Below, piece after piece: positions 60,489 to 64,000 of a stretch of 64,000 nt of DNA. Numbering within the stretch: the stretch's first letter is position 1; each line of letters begins with the position of its first letter. The DNA is from Chlorobiota bacterium (lineage in GTDB: Bacteria; Bacteroidota; Ignavibacteria; Kapaibacteriales; NICIL-2), in NCBI GenBank assembly GCA_039810585.1, contig JBDHXF010000003.1, positions 13,127 to 77,126 of the forward strand, read 5' to 3'. The notes beneath the pieces are model-generated. The model saw only the letters and a list, made by a program, of their open reading frames with translations, had not been told where the DNA came from and made no database searches. The position numbers and the translations under genes are program-made.

Positions 60489-61892
60489 CTAGAAGTTGAC
60501 GCATTCTCCGTATGCTAAGGCTGCAGCTTCCATTACCGCTTCGCTCAGGGTTGGGTGTGCGTGCACAGTTTTGAAGAGCGACTCAGCAGTGCCATCCAGC
60601 TCACGAGCCATACCAACTTCGGCAATGAGTTCGGTAACATCGGAGCCGATCATGTGCGCGCCGAGGATCTCACCATATTTCGCGTCAAACACGAGTTTGA
60701 CAAAGCCATCGTTCTTTCCGGTCCCGGTCGCCTTCCCGTTGGCACTGAATGGGAATTTGCCAACTTTTATTTCGTGCCCCGCTTCGCGGGCTTTCTTCTC
60801 AGTTAAGCCTACGCTTGCAATTTGAGGCTGACAGTATGTGCAGCCCGGTATGTTGCGATAATTCACGCCGTGTTTTGCTATGCCGGCAATGGCTTCGGCA
60901 CAGAGCACACCTTCGGCAGATGCCTTATGGGCAAGCCAGGGCGGACCGGCAACGTCACCAATGGCCCAAATACCTTCTACGTTCGTGCGACAGAATTCGT
61001 CAACCACCACCCATCCGCGTTCAACGCGAACACCGCATGCTTCCAAGCCAATGCCTTCGATATTTCCCTGAACACCAACGGCATTGAGCGCCTTGCTGGC
61101 GATAAGAGTTTCCGTGGTGCCGTCTTTCTTTTCAACCACAACTTCCACATGATCACCAACCGTCTTTGCTGACTGAACTTTTGTACCCGTGAGAATCTTC
61201 ATTCCTTGTTTGCGGAAGTTCCGTTCCAGTTCTTTGGACACGTCTTCGTCCTCGATAGGGACGATAGACGGCATCATTTCTACGATTGTGACCTTTGTGC
61301 CAAAGGAATTATAAAAGTACGCGAACTCTACGCCAATGGCTCCGGAACCGATGACGATCAGAGATTCCGGAATTTCTTGCTGCAGCATGGCCTCGGTACT
61401 AGTCAGGATGTGATGACGATCCACTTCGATACCGGGAATCATTCGCGTGCGAGCGCCGGTTGCAACGATGATGTGCTTGGCTGTAATGGTGTCGCTCACT
61501 GCACCCGAAGCATCACGGACTTCCACAGTGTGCGCAGAGGTCATCGTTGCATTTCCCTTGACCTGTCCCACCTTGTATTTCTTAAATAAGAAGCCCACAC
61601 CTGCGTTCATCTTGTCGGCTACGGCGCGGCTGCGGGCAATGACTTTCGGGAAATCCACATCGACGGTGGGCACGCCAAAACCGTAGTCAGATGCATGATT
61701 CAAAAACACCTTGTATTCGGCGCTCTTCAACAATGCTTTTGAGGGAATGCAGCCCCAATTCAAGCAGACGCCACCAAGACGGTCGCGTTCAACACAGATA
61801 GTGTTCAAGCCCAGTTGAGATGCGCGGATAGCGGCTACATAGCCGCCCGGTCCGGATCCGATGACAACAACGTCGCAAGTATGATCAGCCAT
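60489..61892 (-). CDS. lpdA: Dihydrolipoyl dehydrogenase
   Basis: FAD-binding GSGPGGYVAAIRA, redox-active disulfide GGVCLNWGCIPSK, and the C-terminal HAHPTLSE dimerisation motif. Confidence 0.92.
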   Translation of the reverse strand: MADHTCDVVVIGSGPGGYVAAIRASQLGLNTICVERDRLGGVCLNWGCIPSKALLKSAEYKVFLNHASDYGFGVPTVDVDFPKVIARSRAVADKMNAGVGFLFKKYKVGQVKGNATMTSAHTVEVRDASGAVSDTITAKHIIVATGARTRMIPGIEVDRHHILTSTEAMLQQEIPESLIVIGSGAIGVEFAYFYNSFGTKVTIVEMMPSIVPIEDEDVSKELERNFRKQGMKILTGTKVQSAKTVGDHVEVVVEKKDGTTETLIASKALNAVGVQGNIEGIGLEACGVRVERGWVVVDEFCRTNVEGIWAIGDVAGPPWLAHKASAEGVLCAEAIAGIAKHGVNYRNIPGCTYCQPQIASVGLTEKKAREAGHEIKVGKFPFSANGKATGTGKNDGFVKLVFDAKYGEILGAHMIGSDVTELIAEVGMARELDGTAESLFKTVHAHPTLSEAVMEAAALAYGECVNF

Positions 61893-61966
61893 GATAGTCC
61901 TCGTGTGATGTAGTTTGTTTGTGAGTTCTTCTGCGAGAGTAAAACCGCAAATTCTTCTGAGAGATG

Positions 61967-62002
61967 AAAAAAGAGCTGAGTGTCGTAGTCGCCACTCAGC
62001 TC
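61967..62002 (-). terminator. Intrinsic terminator for sucC (minus strand)
   Basis: Perfect 10-bp stem GAGCTGAGTG / CACTCAGCTC. The plus-strand A6 becomes a U6 tail on the minus-strand transcript. Confidence 0.6.
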
Positions 62003-62025
62003 AGGCAAACGTAATTGGCGTTGAG

Positions 62026-63273
62026 TTAGTGCTTCAGTGCTGTTGTCACGGCATTGGCCGCATCGTCCAGAGTGGCAGCCAACAAGAAGTTCATTCCGCT
62101 GTTCTTCAGAATCTCCCGAGCCTCTACGGCATTGGTACCATCGAGTCGAACGATTAGTGGAACGTTGACTTCTACCTTTTCCAAGGCTTTTAAAATTCCA
62201 TTAGCAACGCGATCGCACCGTACAATTCCACCGAAGATATTAATGAGCACTGCCTGGACATTCTTGTCGCTCATCATGATACGAAACGCATTCGCAATGC
62301 GGTCCACATTGGCTCCACCCCCAACGTCCAAGAAATTGGCAGGCTTGCCGCCGGCCAGTTGAATGATATCCATGGTCGCCATGGCCAGACCGGCGCCATT
62401 CACCATGCAACCTACATTACCGTCTAACTTGATGTAGTTGAGGTTGTACTTGTTCGCTTCATTTTCCAGCGGGTCTTCTTCGTCCACATCGGCGAGAGCT
62501 GCATAATCCGGATGACGAAACAGCGCATTGTCGTCGAAGTTCACCTTCGCGTCTAGAGCAATAAAGCGATCGTCTTCAGTCACCACGAGCGGATTGACTT
62601 CCAGCATGGAGCAATCCATTTTTTCGTAGGCCTCGTACAGTTTTGTGATGAAGTCAACAAAGCTCTTGAACGCTGCACCGCTTAAACCCAAGCCGAATGC
62701 CAAACGACGAGCGGTGTATCCTTGCAATCCAATGGCCGGATCGACATGTTCCTTGATTATCCGCTCCGGAGTCTCCTCCGCAACTTTTTCAATCTCGACG
62801 CCACCTTCGGTGCTGACCATAATCAAGTTCTGTGACACCGCGCGGTCGAGGAGAATGGAGCAATAGTACTCCTTCTTGATAGCGGCACCTTCTTCAAGAA
62901 ACAAACGATGAACAATCTTCCCGTGTTCGCCGGTTTGAACGGTGACGAGCTTGTTGCCCAAGGTTTCCTTGGCGATCAAATAGGCTTTGTGAGACAGGGT
63001 ACCGTACTCGTCGCTCTTTACGACATTCACTCCACGAAGCTCCTTGCCGAATAGGGAAATAACAGCATTGCTTTGATGCTGATGAACAATTCCCTTGCCA
63101 CGTCCGCCGGCATGGATTTGCGATTTGACGACAATCACTTTCGCACCTTTAGCCTCGAACTCATGGTGAGCCACATAGCCGGCTTCTTCAGCACTGAACA
63201 CCGGAACGCCGCGTAACACCGGTACATTAAAACTCCGTAACAGTTCCTTCGCCTGATACTCATGAATATTCAT
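62026..63273 (-). CDS. sucC: Succinate--CoA ligase [ADP-forming] subunit beta
   Basis: The start MNIHEYQAKELLRSFNVPV is preferred over the track start. ATP-grasp fold plus the C-terminal CoA-ligase domain GGIVRCD. Confidence 0.92.
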   Translation of the reverse strand: MNIHEYQAKELLRSFNVPVLRGVPVFSAEEAGYVAHHEFEAKGAKVIVVKSQIHAGGRGKGIVHQHQSNAVISLFGKELRGVNVVKSDEYGTLSHKAYLIAKETLGNKLVTVQTGEHGKIVHRLFLEEGAAIKKEYYCSILLDRAVSQNLIMVSTEGGVEIEKVAEETPERIIKEHVDPAIGLQGYTARRLAFGLGLSGAAFKSFVDFITKLYEAYEKMDCSMLEVNPLVVTEDDRFIALDAKVNFDDNALFRHPDYAALADVDEEDPLENEANKYNLNYIKLDGNVGCMVNGAGLAMATMDIIQLAGGKPANFLDVGGGANVDRIANAFRIMMSDKNVQAVLINIFGGIVRCDRVANGILKALEKVEVNVPLIVRLDGTNAVEAREILKNSGMNFLLAATLDDAANAVTTALKH

Positions 63274-63466
63274 ATAGGAATCATCCTCGTTAGTGGTCAA
63301 AGCCTTATGCTTCACTATTTTCGCGTGTGCAGGGAGTGTCTTGCCGTTGACAAGTACTGACGACTCATGGGAACAACCGTTCACCACTAGTGGCTCGTGC
63401 AGACGCGCTTAGAAACATCTACAAAATTACCCTTCAACGGTACAACTACCAAAGATTGAATCGCGT

Positions 63467-64000
63467 ATGAAGATGGCGGTCGTGTACAGTCTTTTGCTAG
63501 TTCTCCTTCTTCTGAAGTTGAGCCTGAACCCCTTTTTGAAAGCGGGTGGGGAAGAGTTGGGGTCGGCGAAAAATCCGATCAAAATCATGCTCACACCATC
63601 GGTTGAAGCTCAAAAAGTGAGCTCAAGTGCCGATTCGCTCGTAGCATACTTGCATCGAGCAACCTGCTTATATTATACAGCAGCTGTTCCTGCCAGTTTT
63701 ATCGTTGTGGTTGAGTCGTTCGGCAGTGGAGGCGTGGACTTTGCCATTACCAATACCTTCAGTTACATCAAAGCGCACGAGAAGTATGGGGCAGAAGCAG
63801 CCATGATGGTGCTCCGTCGCAACGGGGAGAAGAGCTATCGCGGACAGATCATCGCACGAAAGGAAAGTGGCATTCACAACGTTGAACAGATCGATGGAAA
63901 GTCTTTTGCCTACGTGGACGCCGTTTCGACCTCCGGTTATGTACTCGCCCGCGCATTACTACAAGCGCACCATGTCCGTTTGTCTGATTCTGTGTTTGCC
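63467..64000 (+). CDS. PhnD/SsuA-like ABC transporter periplasmic substrate-binding protein (phosphonate-type); 3' end beyond the window
   Basis: Absent from the ORF track because no stop falls inside the window. Manual translation from ATG 63467 gives MKMAVVYSLLLVLLLL...NPIKIMLTPSVEA...YVDAVSTSGYVLARALL with a signal peptide. The KIxxxP and YxxxSTSGY blocks are typical of PhnD. Confidence 0.55.
   Translation, partial: MKMAVVYSLLLVLLLLKLSLNPFLKAGGEELGSAKNPIKIMLTPSVEAQKVSSSADSLVAYLHRATCLYYTAAVPASFIVVVESFGSGGVDFAITNTFSYIKAHEKYGAEAAMMVLRRNGEKSYRGQIIARKESGIHNVEQIDGKSFAYVDAVSTSGYVLARALLQAHHVRLSDSVFA

Noticed and set aside
63668-63877. Track ORF (69 aa, minus strand)
   Set aside because: It lies antisense within the manually recovered PhnD-like partial CDS on the plus strand.
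1-64000. CRISPR arrays, tRNA/rRNA/tmRNA genes, IS elements, integrases
   Set aside because: I saw no array of regularly spaced repeats, no T-loop GTTCRA-type tRNA signatures in the intergenic regions, and no transposase/integrase-like ORFs.

Overview
This 64-kb chromosomal window is gene-dense, with about 50 CDS, most of them on the minus strand. I found no rRNA, tRNA, transposase, integrase, prophage or CRISPR signal. The lineage looks like a Bacteroidota/FCB-group bacterium. Three secreted proteins end in type-A T9SS C-terminal sorting domains (tails of the form ...(Y/A/S)PNPA/T...). A PorX-like receiver+PglZ regulator is present, and there are several OmpA-family outer-membrane proteins. 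Housekeeping genes are recognisable with high confidence: pckA, gyrB, hutU, nadE, ispG, pgk, lpdA, sucC and lysC. Other recognisable genes include a type-2 IPP isomerase next to a polyprenyl synthase, a photolyase, nth, tsaE, a ferredoxin, MATE and MFS transporters, and a partial PhnD-like binding protein that runs off the 3' end. The points most worth a second look are these. (1) At the window start, a DprE1 homolog (partial, runs off the edge) is translationally coupled through an ATGA overlap to a HAD-phosphatase::UbiA-prenyltransferase fusion; together they look like a polyprenyl-phospho-arabinose (DPA-like) sugar-donor module. (2) A clpB gene stops cleanly after NBD1, at 437 aa, and has its own terminator. 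(3) A 730-bp non-coding region upstream of gyrB carries five tandem ~11-bp GATGAGT-type repeats. (4) A small lipoprotein gene sits directly behind a T9SS-secreted thermolysin-like (M4) metalloprotease. (5) A processive GT2 with D,D,D,QxxRW signatures is paired with an MFS transporter. (6) An orphan CcmB-like permease is coupled by a TGATG overlap to an amino-acid permease and lysC, and a separate CcmC carries a 130-aa N-terminal insertion. Many intergenic regions hold clear hairpin or intrinsic-terminator structures, which I list as features. All calls rest on reading the supplied ORF translations and on manual translation; no database search was possible.
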